Positions 51,580 to 61,074 of a stretch of DNA of 64,000 bases are shown here, piece by piece (position 1 is the stretch's first letter; every line of letters begins with the position of its first letter). The notes under the pieces were generated by a model. The model ran no database searches, was not told where the DNA came from, and worked only from the letters and a program-made list of their open reading frames with translations. The stretch covers positions 1,312,001 through 1,376,000 of the forward strand of contig OY821641.1 in NCBI GenBank assembly GCA_963555995.3. The letters are read 5' to 3'. This stretch comes from Vicinamibacteria bacterium (GTDB taxonomy: Bacteria; Acidobacteriota; Vicinamibacteria; Marinacidobacterales; Marinacidobacteraceae). Made by a program: the position numbers and the translations under genes.

Positions 51580-54096
51580 ATGGCTGTTCCGGTGGCCGTG
51601 GACGACGCCATCGCACCGCTCGCCGGAAACCTGCCGGCGCACTGCCAGGCCGACGTCGAGACGCTGCGCCGGTTCGTTCATGCGACCGTCAGTGCGGAGT
51701 CGCCAGCTCCGGCAGTTTCTCCGAACGAGTTTCGGGACGTCCTGCTGACCGGGGCCACCGGTTTCATCGGCCGTTTCTTCCTGGCCGAGCTCCTGCGGCA
51801 GCGGACCGGGTTGCGGGTCCACTGCGTCGTCCGCTGCGACACCGCCGCCCACGGACGCGAGCGCGTTCGCGCCGCCCTCGAGCAGGCGGAAATCTGGGAC
51901 GACTCCTTCGAACCTCGCATCGAGGTGGTCGCGGGCGACATCGGCCGGCCCCGGTTCGGCCTTTCCGACGGGCAGTTCGACGTTCTCGGCCGGCGGATGG
52001 ATGCGGTCTATCACCTGGCGGCCGACATCCATCTCCAGTCTTCCTATCTCGCGATCCGCAAGATCAACACGTTCGGGGTGCGGAACGTGCTCGAACTATG
52101 CCTGCGCCAGCGCTTCAAGCATCTGTTCTACGCGTCCACCATGGGCGTGTTCCCGCAGTACTTCGGTTTTTTCGCGAACGAGTTCCGGGACGACGCGATC
52201 GGTCACCAGATGCAGCCGGACCTCGCGAAGATGAAGAAGACGTTTCCGCTGGGCCTGCTCGGCTATCCGTGGAGCAAATTGACCTCGGAACAGGCGCTCC
52301 TGTTTGCGCAGCGCGCCGGCATGCCGCTCGGGATCCTCCGGCTTCCGCAGACCAACCTGTCCAGCACGGGATACAGCCCGCCAGGCGATCCTGCCGTTCG
52401 GTTGTTCGCGGCCGCGATCCAGTGCGAAGTCCTGCCCGAGGGATTCACGTTTCGATCCAGCAACGAGGCGGTGGACACGCTGAGCCGGGTCGCGGTCGCC
52501 ATCTCCCTGAACCCGGACCGCCGGTTCACGATCTACCACTGCTGCAACCCACACCTGGATCCGTACGACCTCGAACCCGCCGATTTCGGGTTCTACTGGC
52601 CCACCGTGCCCTACGAGTCGTTCAAGCGGGCCTGCCAGGCGCGTGGCGAAGACTCACCGCTTCACGGTCACTGGGCCGTGCTCGATCACTTCGCCAAGTA
52701 CTGGTTCAGCAGGAACAAGCCGCAGCAACGGCTGCCGGTTTGCGACCGCGCCATTCGCGAAGACTGCCCCTTCCCGATCGAGTGGATGGGGACGTTGGGC
52801 AAGCTCAAGCGTTCCCACGCCTGGGTTGGGCGTCATCGTCAGGAGTGGCCGCACGCCGTCCCGCAAAGCCGCCTCGACTTCGACAGCCTCGTGGGCCAGG
52901 CCAAACGTTTTGCCGCGGAGTTGGACGTCCCCTTCGAGTCGGCCTGTCCCGGCTGGACACGCGAGGCCCTGAAGCGGCTGGTCCGGTCGCTGAGGGCGCC
53001 CGAGGCGAAGCTCCGCGAGGACAGGCTCGGCGATGTCGTGTTTGAGTTGAGCCGTTTTCTCCGCCGGCACGCCGAGCTCGCGCGGGAACGGCAACGCCAC
53101 CCGGAGATCGTGGGGGAGCGGATCGCCAGGCCGGTGTTCATCGTTGGAATGAACCGAAGCGGCACTACCTTTCTGCACCGCCTGATCGCGCGCGATCCGC
53201 GGTTCTGGGCGCTCCGGCTCTACGAACTCGTTGAGCCCGTCCTGCCGGCGGACGAGTATGCCGCCGTGGCGGGTACGCCGGACGACCCCCGGCGCGCCCG
53301 AATCGCGGAAGCGTCCCACTCCTTCGACATCTTCAAGGTGATGGAGGGTGTTCATCCCTTCGACATTGATGCGCCGGAAGAGGATTTCCCGATTTTCAAG
53401 AAGGCTTTTGTTTCCTGGAGCTTTACCGCGCAATTCAGGGTCCCGGACTACGCTCGCTGGCTCGCCGCGAACGGTTCCGGCGACGCCTATGCCTTTCATC
53501 GGCGCACGGTGCAGTACTACGCCTGGCAACGTCGTCAGGTTGGCCCCGGGCGTGTGGGGCAGTGGTTGTTCAAGATGCCCTTCCACCTGATGGAACTGGA
53601 AACCCTGCTCGAGACCTATCCCGACGCCTTCTTCATCCAGACCCATCGAGGGCCCACTCAGGTGATGGGGTCCTGGAACAGCCTGGTGGAACGGGCGCGC
53701 TCCGTTGCGATGAAACCGCTTCCCCGAGACGACCTCGGAGCCGAACAGCTGGCCTTCATGAGCGGAATGTTGAACGGGGCGGCGCGATTCCGTTCGGCCC
53801 ATCCGGAACTCGAGCACCGCTGGGCCGACGTGGCCTATGCCGATCTGATCCGCGACCCCATCGCGGTCGTCGGTGACCTCTATCGCCGGTTCGACTGGCC
53901 GCTACCGCAGACGGTGGTCGCCGCAATGAACGCGTGGCTGTCAGGGCAGGCGGAACGGCGGCGCCGCGAGGTCCGGCACCGCTACCGCCTGGAGGACTAC
54001 GGCCTCACGCCGAACGCGGTTGACGCCGCCTTCGCACCGTATCGGGAGTTCGCCGAGGCGCTGGAGATGCACGCCGCTCTTCCCGCGAAGGGCTGA
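51580..54096 (+). CDS. Thioester reductase (R) - sulfotransferase fusion (SwfB-like)
   Basis: LLTGATGFIG, VAGDI..P.FGL, GYPWSK (YxxxK); C-terminal GMNRSGTT PAPS loop, WLFKMPFH, THRGP; start uncertain. Confidence 0.88.
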   Translation: MAVPVAVDDAIAPLAGNLPAHCQADVETLRRFVHATVSAESPAPAVSPNEFRDVLLTGATGFIGRFFLAELLRQRTGLRVHCVVRCDTAAHGRERVRAALEQAEIWDDSFEPRIEVVAGDIGRPRFGLSDGQFDVLGRRMDAVYHLAADIHLQSSYLAIRKINTFGVRNVLELCLRQRFKHLFYASTMGVFPQYFGFFANEFRDDAIGHQMQPDLAKMKKTFPLGLLGYPWSKLTSEQALLFAQRAGMPLGILRLPQTNLSSTGYSPPGDPAVRLFAAAIQCEVLPEGFTFRSSNEAVDTLSRVAVAISLNPDRRFTIYHCCNPHLDPYDLEPADFGFYWPTVPYESFKRACQARGEDSPLHGHWAVLDHFAKYWFSRNKPQQRLPVCDRAIREDCPFPIEWMGTLGKLKRSHAWVGRHRQEWPHAVPQSRLDFDSLVGQAKRFAAELDVPFESACPGWTREALKRLVRSLRAPEAKLREDRLGDVVFELSRFLRRHAELARERQRHPEIVGERIARPVFIVGMNRSGTTFLHRLIARDPRFWALRLYELVEPVLPADEYAAVAGTPDDPRRARIAEASHSFDIFKVMEGVHPFDIDAPEEDFPIFKKAFVSWSFTAQFRVPDYARWLAANGSGDAYAFHRRTVQYYAWQRRQVGPGRVGQWLFKMPFHLMELETLLETYPDAFFIQTHRGPTQVMGSWNSLVERARSVAMKPLPRDDLGAEQLAFMSGMLNGAARFRSAHPELEHRWADVAYADLIRDPIAVVGDLYRRFDWPLPQTVVAAMNAWLSGQAERRRREVRHRYRLEDYGLTPNAVDAAFAPYREFAEALEMHAALPAKG

Positions 54097-54266
54097 TTTC
54101 CGGGACCAGTTCCTGTGGGACGCCGCGGATCGTGAGCAACCCGGCCAGCGAGATCGCGAACAGGAGGAGGTTCGCCGCGACCCGGTTCCTGACGAACCAG
54201 GCGATCGCTCCGCCCGACGGAGGCCCGCCGGATCGTCCGCGCCGCCTTCCCCACCGGCGCGGTCAT
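54097..54266 (-). pseudogene. Frameshifted 5' fragment of an AcrB-family RND permease
   Basis: GAIAWFVRNRVAANLLLFAISLAGLLTIRGVPQELVPEIS matches the N-terminus of 32075 gene; out of frame with ATG 54266; runs into the swfB-like 3' end. Confidence 0.75.
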
Positions 54267-54350
54267 CTTCTCGCTCCTCATCCGGCGACCCGACCGCGGC
54301 CTCGGTGGCCGCTGCCGGTTCCGGCAGGCCGTTCCGGCGGAGCGCCGGGA

Positions 54351-56174
54351 CTATTCGAGAGAGTCCAGCACGCGCTGGACGCAGCGTTCCGCCGACTCGG
54401 CCCCGGCGTCGAGACGGAGGTCCGGCGCCTCGGGCGGCTCGTAGGGGCTGCCGATCCCGGTGAAGTTCTTCACCTCGCCGCGCCGCGCCCGGGCGTAGAG
54501 GCCCTTCGGGTCCCGGGCCTCGCAGGTGTCGAGCGGAGCGTCCACGAAGATCTCGTGGAAATCGCCGGGTTCGAAGCGGCCGCGCGCGAACTCGCGCTCC
54601 GCGCGATAGGGACTGATGAAGGCCACGATCACGATCAGTCCGGCGTCCACCATGAGGCGGGCGACCTCGGCTACGCGGCGGATGTTCTCGGCGCGGTCGG
54701 CCTCGGTGAACCCGAGGTCCCGGTTCAGGCCGTGGCGGACGTTGTCCCCGTCCAGGACAAACGTGTGGCGGCCCTCGGCGGCGAGCCGCTTTTCGAGCAG
54801 GTTGGCGATCGTGGACTTCCCCGACCCGGACAGTCCGGTCAGCCACAGGCAGCGCGGGCGCTGCGCCTTGGCGCGGGCGCGGAGTTCCGGGGTGACCTCG
54901 AACTCCTGCCAGCGGAGGTTGGCGGCCCGCATCAGCGGGAAGCGGATCATCCCGGCGCCCACCGTGGCTCCGGTCCGCCGTTCCAGCAGGATGAAACCGC
55001 CGAGGATGCGGTTCTCGTCATGACGGGCGAAGGGCAGGGATTGGTCGGTCGCCAGGTTGACGCAACCGATGTCGTTCAGCCCGAAAGTGGGCGCCGGACG
55101 GGTCCGTCCGTCCACCACGTCCAGCCGGTGCTTGATCCGGGTGACCGTGACACCGGTTTCCCGGGTGTGGAGCTTCAGCAGGTAGGGACGGCCGACGACC
55201 AGCGGTTCGTCGCCCATCCAGAGGAGATGCGTCTGGAACTGGTCCGCCACCTCGACGGGATCATCCGCCGCCGCGATCACGTCGCCGCGGCTCACGTCGC
55301 GCTCGTCCTTCAGCACCAGGGTGACCGAATCGCCGCGCCCGGCCCGTTTGCGTTCCCCTTTCCAGACGACGATCCGCTCGATTTCGGTTTCCGTGCCCGC
55401 GGGGAAGATCCGCACCCGGTCGCCGGTCGAGACCGCGCCCGACGCGATCCTGCCGCAGTAGCCGCGAAAGTCGGAACTCGGCCGGTTCACGTACTGGACC
55501 GGCATCCGGAAGGACTCGTTCGCGCCGGGAGGCGCGACTTCCACCGTTTCCAGGTGATCGAGGAGCGTCGGCCCGGAATACCAGGCAGTCTTCCTTCCCG
55601 CCTTCGTCACGTTTTCGCCGGTGAGCGCCGACAGCGGAATCGCCTGCGTGGCGGTGATTCCGGTGCTTTGCGCCACTGCCCGGTAGGCGTCGGTGACGGC
55701 CTCGAAACGGGCCGGGTCCCAGCCGACGCGGTCCATCTTGTTCACCGCGAGGACCACGTGACGGATGCCGAACATTCCCGCGATCCGGCTGTGCCGGGCG
55801 GTCTGGGGAAGCACGCCCTTCTCCGCGTCCACGAGGACGACGGCGACGTCAGCCACGGAGGCGCCGGTCGCCATGTTGCGGGTGTACTGCTCGTGGCCGG
55901 GCGCGTCCGCCACGAAGAACGCCCGGCTGGGCGTCTCGAAGCGGCGGTAGGCGACGTCGATGGTGATGCCCTGTTCCCTTTCGGCCATCAACCCGTCCAT
56001 GAGGAGCGCGAGGTCGGTGGCGTCGCCCTGGGTCCCGTAGCGGCGTGACGCTTCCTCGGCGGCCCGGAACTGGTCCTCGAAAACCGCCCCGCATTCGTGG
56101 AGCAGCCGGCCGATAAGGGTGCTCTTGCCGTCGTCCACACTCCCGCACAGGACGAGCCGGAGGGGAGGGAGCAT
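54351..56174 (-). CDS. cysNC: Bifunctional sulfate adenylyltransferase subunit 1 / APS kinase
   Basis: CGSVDDGKSTLIGRLL, AEREQGITIDVAY, DAPGHEQYTRNM; WLTGLSGSGKST, LDGDNVRHGL, RDPKGLY. Confidence 0.95.
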   Translation of the reverse strand: MLPPLRLVLCGSVDDGKSTLIGRLLHECGAVFEDQFRAAEEASRRYGTQGDATDLALLMDGLMAEREQGITIDVAYRRFETPSRAFFVADAPGHEQYTRNMATGASVADVAVVLVDAEKGVLPQTARHSRIAGMFGIRHVVLAVNKMDRVGWDPARFEAVTDAYRAVAQSTGITATQAIPLSALTGENVTKAGRKTAWYSGPTLLDHLETVEVAPPGANESFRMPVQYVNRPSSDFRGYCGRIASGAVSTGDRVRIFPAGTETEIERIVVWKGERKRAGRGDSVTLVLKDERDVSRGDVIAAADDPVEVADQFQTHLLWMGDEPLVVGRPYLLKLHTRETGVTVTRIKHRLDVVDGRTRPAPTFGLNDIGCVNLATDQSLPFARHDENRILGGFILLERRTGATVGAGMIRFPLMRAANLRWQEFEVTPELRARAKAQRPRCLWLTGLSGSGKSTIANLLEKRLAAEGRHTFVLDGDNVRHGLNRDLGFTEADRAENIRRVAEVARLMVDAGLIVIVAFISPYRAEREFARGRFEPGDFHEIFVDAPLDTCEARDPKGLYARARRGEVKNFTGIGSPYEPPEAPDLRLDAGAESAERCVQRVLDSLE

Positions 56175-57097
56175 CAGAAATATCCCTCGCGTTTCTTGCG
56201 TTCCATGGACGCCTCGCCGTCGTGGTCGATCAGCCGGCCGTGGCGTTCCGAGCGGTTTGCCGCCAGCGTCTCAGCGAGGATCGCCTCCACGGTGTCGGCC
56301 TCGCTCTCGATCCCCGCGGTCAACGGATAGCAGCCCAACGTGCGGAACCGGACGCGGCGCATCTGCGGCGCTTCCCCCGGACGGAGGCGCAGACGCTCGT
56401 CGTCCACGAGGATCAAGCCTCCCTCGCGTTCCACGACGGGACGCTGTCTCGCGTAGTAGAGCGGGACGACGGGGATGTGCTCGGCGGCGACGTAGCGCCA
56501 GACGTCGGCCTCCGTCCAGTTGGAGAGCGGCGAGACGCGCAGCGACTCTCCCGGCCGCAGCCGCGTGTTGTAAAGGTTCCAGATCTCCGGACGCTGCGTC
56601 CTCGGTTCCCACTGGTGGGCGGAGTTCCGTAGCGAGAAGACGCGCTCCTTGGCGCGGGAACGCTCCTCGTCCCGGCGAACGCCGCCGAAGATGACGTCGT
56701 AGCGGCCGGCGTCGAGCGCCTGCCGGAGCGCCTGGGTCTTCATCACGTCCGTGTAGTGGGCGGATCCGTGATCGAAGGGGTTGATCCCGGCGTGGAGTCC
56801 TTCCTCGTTGATGTGGACGCTCAGGTCGAGCCCCAATTCCGAGGCCATCCGGTCCCGGAAGGCGATCATCTCCCGGAACTTCCAGGTCGTGTCGATGTGG
56901 AGGAGGGGGAAGGGAACCGGCGCCGGCCAGAACGCCTTGTGCGCGAGATGAAGCAGGGCCGACGAGTCCTTGCCGATGGAATACAGCATCACCGGCCGCT
57001 CGGCGGTCGCCACCCCCTCGCGGAGGATCTCGATGGCCTCGGCTTCAAGCGTTCCGAGGATCGGACCGCAGTCCGACCGGGTGCCGCCGGCCGTCAC
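56174..57097 (-). CDS. cysD: Sulfate adenylyltransferase subunit 2
   Basis: [48 protein letters not shown]. Confidence 0.95.
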   Translation of the reverse strand: MTAGGTRSDCGPILGTLEAEAIEILREGVATAERPVMLYSIGKDSSALLHLAHKAFWPAPVPFPLLHIDTTWKFREMIAFRDRMASELGLDLSVHINEEGLHAGINPFDHGSAHYTDVMKTQALRQALDAGRYDVIFGGVRRDEERSRAKERVFSLRNSAHQWEPRTQRPEIWNLYNTRLRPGESLRVSPLSNWTEADVWRYVAAEHIPVVPLYYARQRPVVEREGGLILVDDERLRLRPGEAPQMRRVRFRTLGCYPLTAGIESEADTVEAILAETLAANRSERHGRLIDHDGEASMERKKREGYF

Positions 57098-57111
57098 GCT
57101 GCGGCCTGCGG

Positions 57112-58230
57112 TCAGCAGTCGGCGCCGCAGTGAGCGGCGACGAGGCGGTCGAGGATCCCCCGGTAGTCGTCCCACGGCGTGGCGACCTGAGGCACGGTCT
57201 TGTGCGCGACGACCATGTCGAGCGACGGGATGACGGTGATGTACTGGCCCCAGGCGCCGCGTCCGGTGTAGGCGCCGCGGAACGCCTCCGGCACCGCCGG
57301 TCCGTCCCACACCCACCACATGGTCCCGTAGCCGAACTCGCCTCCCCGCCGGCTCTCCGGGTTCATCTCCTCCGATGGCGTGACCAGGCCCGAGATCCGC
57401 CCGGCCCATCCCTCCGGCAGCACGCGCTCCTCCCTCCAGACGCCGCCCCGCAGCATCAGGTAGCCGATCCGGGCCATGTCGCGGGTGGAGAGGTTCATGT
57501 GGTAGGCGAGGTTGCGCGACCGGGTCGCGTCTCCCGACTTGCGGTGGATCCACCGGTGCCAGTCCTCGAATCCGAGCGGGAGTGCGAGGTCGGTTCCGAG
57601 CGCGTCGTAGATGTTGCGCTCGGTGAGTTGTTCGAAGACCGCGCCCGCCGCGTTGAAGTCCCAGTTGCTGTACAGGTAGTAGGCGCCGGGCTCCTGCGAG
57701 CCGCGGGGCGGGGCGTCCGCGAGGTTGTCCCCGGAGTTCGAGGCCGGGTGATAGACCCCGGAGCGCGCGGTCACGAGATCGAGCACCCGCGCCTGCTTCT
57801 CGATCGGCAGGAGACCCTGGACATCGTCCATGCCCAGATCATCGAGGGTGCGTTCGAGATCGATCGTCCCGTCCGCCACGTAGCGGCCGTAGAGCATGGC
57901 GAGGATGCTCTTCCGGACCGAGGCGAGATAGCTGATCTCGTCCACGGGCCCGTGTTCGAAAACGACGCGCCCCCCGACGACGGCCATCACCGCGGTGGTG
58001 TTGATCCCGTCCACGTACGGGTGGATCGCGTCCAGCGCGGCGGCCGAGAATCCGGCCGCGGCGGGGTCCGCGACCCGTTCCCACGACGCGCCCGGATAGA
58101 CGGCCTCCGGCGCGGTTTCGACCGCCGGCGGCGAGCAGCCGATCCCCGCGGCGAGGGCGAAGAACAGCGCGGGCAGCAGCGCGACGAGTACTCGTGCAAC
58201 AGGGCCGGTTGCGGGTCTGCGGTTCATCAT
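57112..58230 (-). CDS. Serine hydrolase, beta-lactamase/NylB-like family, probable lipoprotein
   Basis: ASVRKS (SxxK), [16 protein letters not shown]; GIGC lipobox-like; GAGGTG RBS. Confidence 0.85.
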   Translation of the reverse strand: MMNRRPATGPVARVLVALLPALFFALAAGIGCSPPAVETAPEAVYPGASWERVADPAAAGFSAAALDAIHPYVDGINTTAVMAVVGGRVVFEHGPVDEISYLASVRKSILAMLYGRYVADGTIDLERTLDDLGMDDVQGLLPIEKQARVLDLVTARSGVYHPASNSGDNLADAPPRGSQEPGAYYLYSNWDFNAAGAVFEQLTERNIYDALGTDLALPLGFEDWHRWIHRKSGDATRSRNLAYHMNLSTRDMARIGYLMLRGGVWREERVLPEGWAGRISGLVTPSEEMNPESRRGGEFGYGTMWWVWDGPAVPEAFRGAYTGRGAWGQYITVIPSLDMVVAHKTVPQVATPWDDYRGILDRLVAAHCGADC

Positions 58231-58263
58231 GGTCACCTCTCCGGCGATCCCCGGGGACGAACT

Positions 58264-58458
58264 CCGGGAGCGCCGGTCTTCAGACCGGCATCGCTCCCCA
58301 ACGGGGAGCGAGACGCCCGTCGCCGATTCGCCGTATGGCGGAACGATACGCCGAATGGCGCAGCGCCACCCGGACTGGCCCCGCGTCATGCGGCAATGGA
58401 ACACCGGGAGTTTCGCCCGCTGCGCGGGCGATGCCGGTCTGAAGACCGGCGCTCCCGG
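58264..58458. repeat. REPIN-like unit with perfect 31-bp terminal inverted repeats
   Basis: ccgggagcgccggtcttcagaccggcatcgc (58264-58294) and its exact reverse complement (58428-58458). Confidence 0.85.
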
Positions 58459-58572
58459 CCGGCGGTGCGCTAACTACCGGGAACATGACGCCCCGACATC
58501 AGCCGGCCGTCTCCCGTAAACTCGCCGGTTGGCGCGCCGACCGGTCGGCGCCACAGCAGCGGAGGTGTCCCG

Positions 58573-60612
58573 ATGCGGGTTCGCAATTTGAAAGGTTTGG
58601 TCGGGGCCGTCGCCGCGACCCTGTCGCTCGTCGTTTCCGCGGCGGCGCTCGCGCAGGAGGGGATGCGCCCGCTCGCGCTCGCCGACTACCTCTCGTGGGA
58701 GACGGTGCAGAGCCCCCGGATCGCTCCCGACGGTGAGAACGTCGTTTACGAACGCAGCTTCGTGGACGCCATGAAGGACCGTCTGAAGACCGAACTCTGG
58801 CTCATCGGCGCCGACGGTTCGAAGAACCGCTTCCTCACCGACGGCGGGAGTCCGCGCTGGTCGCCGGACGGCACCCGGGTCGCCTTCCTGCGGGACGGCC
58901 AGATCTTCGTGCGCTGGATGGACGCCGAGGGCGCCGAGAGCCAGGTGACCCGGCTCGAGAGTCCTCCGTCCCAGATCGTCTGGGCCCCCGATAGCGGCTC
59001 CATCGCGTTCCGGGCGGTGGTGGACCCGGGACCCGATCCGGCGTGGGCGATTGATATGCCGAAGGCGCCCGAAGGCGCCGAGTGGACGGGGCCGCCGCGG
59101 ATCGTCACCCGGTTGAACTACCGGCGCGACGGACTGGGGTACCACCCGCGGGGCTTCCGGCACATCTTCGTGGTGAGCGCCGACGGGGGCACCCCGCGGC
59201 AGCTCACGAGCGGCGACTACCACCACGACGGGCCGCGTTTCGTCGGTGACGGGTCGGGGATTGTCTTCACGTCCCTCCGGACCCCGGACGCCGAACACGC
59301 CTGGCGCGAATCGGAGATCTACCGGGTCGAGGTGGCCACGGGCCGGATCACCACCCTGACGAGCCGCACCGGTCCGGACTCGGGTCCGGCGCCCTCGCCG
59401 GACGGCAGCATGATCGCCTACACCGGGATGGACCACACGACGGACACCTACCGCGAGGAGGGCCTCTACGTCATGGACGCCGACGGGGGGAACCCGCGCG
59501 TGATCGCCACCGAGATGGGCCGCCGTCCGGGGATCGTGGGGTGGACGGCCGACGGGAGCGGCGTCTATTTCAACGCGCAGCTCCGGGGGACGAACAACCT
59601 CTACCTGGCGCCGCTCGACGGAGAGGTCCGTCCGGTGAGTTCCGGAAACCACATGCTCTCGGTGTCCACGGTGAGCGGCGACGGTACCGCGGTGGGCGTG
59701 GTCAGCGCGTACCACACCCCCGGGAACCTGGTCGCCTTCGACGTGGATTCGCCGGACACGGTGGCGACCCTGCACGTGACGAACGCGTCCATACTCGCCG
59801 AGGTCACCCTCGGGGAGGTCGAGGAGATCTGGTACGAGTCGCCGGACGGCCTCGACATCCAGGGCTGGATCGTGAAGCCGCCCGACTTCGATCCGTCGCG
59901 CAAGTACCCGCTGATCCTCCGGATCCACGGCGGACCCCACGCTATGTACAACAGCGGGTTCGACTTCAAGAACCAGGACCACGCGGCGAACGGCTACGTG
60001 CTCCTCTACACGAACCCGCGCGGCAGCAGCGGCTACGGCAGTTCCTTCGGCAACGAGATCAAGAACGCCTACCCCGGGAAGGATCTCGACGACCTGATGG
60101 CGGGCGTGGACGAGGTCATCGCGCGCGGCTACATTGATGAACGGAACCTGTTCGTCTACGGGGGCAGCGGGGGCGGCGTCCTCACCTCCTGGATCGTGGG
60201 GAACACCGACCGCTTCACCGCCGCGGTCTCGAAGGCGCCGGTGACGAACTGGTTCAGCTTCGTGGGCACGACGGACGGCGCGAGCTGGTACCGCAACTTC
60301 GAGAAGCTGCCCTGGGATGACCCGGAGGAGCACCTCCGCCGCTCGACGCTGATGTACGTCGGCAACGTCACCACGCCGACGATGCTGATGACCGGGGAGA
60401 AGGACCTCCGCACCCCGATGGAGCAGACCGAGCAGTACTACAAGGCGCTCAAGATGCGGAAGATCCCGACGGCCATGGTGCGCCTGACCGACAGTTGGCA
60501 CAGCCGCAGCCGCCCCCCGACGAACTTCATGCGGGTGCAGCTTCTGCTCCGCAACTGGTTCGAGCGCTTCGCGGTCACGGACGAGCTGACCACCGACAAC
60601 CAGCCGAACTAG
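58573..60612 (+). CDS. S9 family peptidase (acylaminoacyl-peptidase-like), secreted
   Basis: GGAGGT RBS; signal peptide; WSPDG propeller repeats; IHGGPH, NPRGSSGYG, GGSGGG, GEKDLRTP. Confidence 0.92.
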   Translation: MRVRNLKGLVGAVAATLSLVVSAAALAQEGMRPLALADYLSWETVQSPRIAPDGENVVYERSFVDAMKDRLKTELWLIGADGSKNRFLTDGGSPRWSPDGTRVAFLRDGQIFVRWMDAEGAESQVTRLESPPSQIVWAPDSGSIAFRAVVDPGPDPAWAIDMPKAPEGAEWTGPPRIVTRLNYRRDGLGYHPRGFRHIFVVSADGGTPRQLTSGDYHHDGPRFVGDGSGIVFTSLRTPDAEHAWRESEIYRVEVATGRITTLTSRTGPDSGPAPSPDGSMIAYTGMDHTTDTYREEGLYVMDADGGNPRVIATEMGRRPGIVGWTADGSGVYFNAQLRGTNNLYLAPLDGEVRPVSSGNHMLSVSTVSGDGTAVGVVSAYHTPGNLVAFDVDSPDTVATLHVTNASILAEVTLGEVEEIWYESPDGLDIQGWIVKPPDFDPSRKYPLILRIHGGPHAMYNSGFDFKNQDHAANGYVLLYTNPRGSSGYGSSFGNEIKNAYPGKDLDDLMAGVDEVIARGYIDERNLFVYGGSGGGVLTSWIVGNTDRFTAAVSKAPVTNWFSFVGTTDGASWYRNFEKLPWDDPEEHLRRSTLMYVGNVTTPTMLMTGEKDLRTPMEQTEQYYKALKMRKIPTAMVRLTDSWHSRSRPPTNFMRVQLLLRNWFERFAVTDELTTDNQPN

Positions 60613-60632
60613 CCGAAGGGTGCCGGGCAAAG

Positions 60633-60876
60633 GGACCGCCGGTCTTCAGACCGGCACGCGCGGCGCTCCGCGCCGCGCACGTCGCAACGCTACCCATGCC
60701 CGCATGTCGCGCACCGGCTTGGAACGCCGGCTTCAGCCGGCACAGCGAGCCGAAGGCTCGCGGAGGTCGCGCCGCGGTGCGCGGTGATGGACGGAGAGCC
60801 GGACGCCGTCGGGCGCGCCAGCGTCGTGCAGTCCGCTGCGCTCCGCGCAGCGGGTGCCGGCTGAAGCCGGCGTTCC
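60633..60876. repeat. REP (60633-60656) followed by 156-bp REPIN-like unit (60721-60876)
   Basis: Homologous to the units at 14054/51300 and 35297-35452. Confidence 0.85.
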
Positions 60877-61074
60877 AAACGGTCCCCGCCACCCGGGGCC
60901 TCAGCGTCCCGGGCCCGCACTGTCACGCCCGGCGGGGTGTGTAGGCGGATCGAACATGACGGTGTCTTTCCGGCGGGTGCTCCAGTGCCCGTCGTCTGGT
61001 CGTCGTATCGCCCAAGTGCGTTCGACCATCCCTCACCGTTGCCTCCCCGCGCCGGGAGCCGCACAATCCCCTCC

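Noticed and set aside
53997-54281. 94 aa minus-strand ORF as a real gene
   Set aside because: The meaningful RND-like sequence is in another frame, and the ORF overlaps the swfB-like 3' end
57112-58230. Beta-lactamase resistance gene
   Set aside because: SxxK and YxN are present, but the overall pattern fits NylB/esterase-like hydrolases
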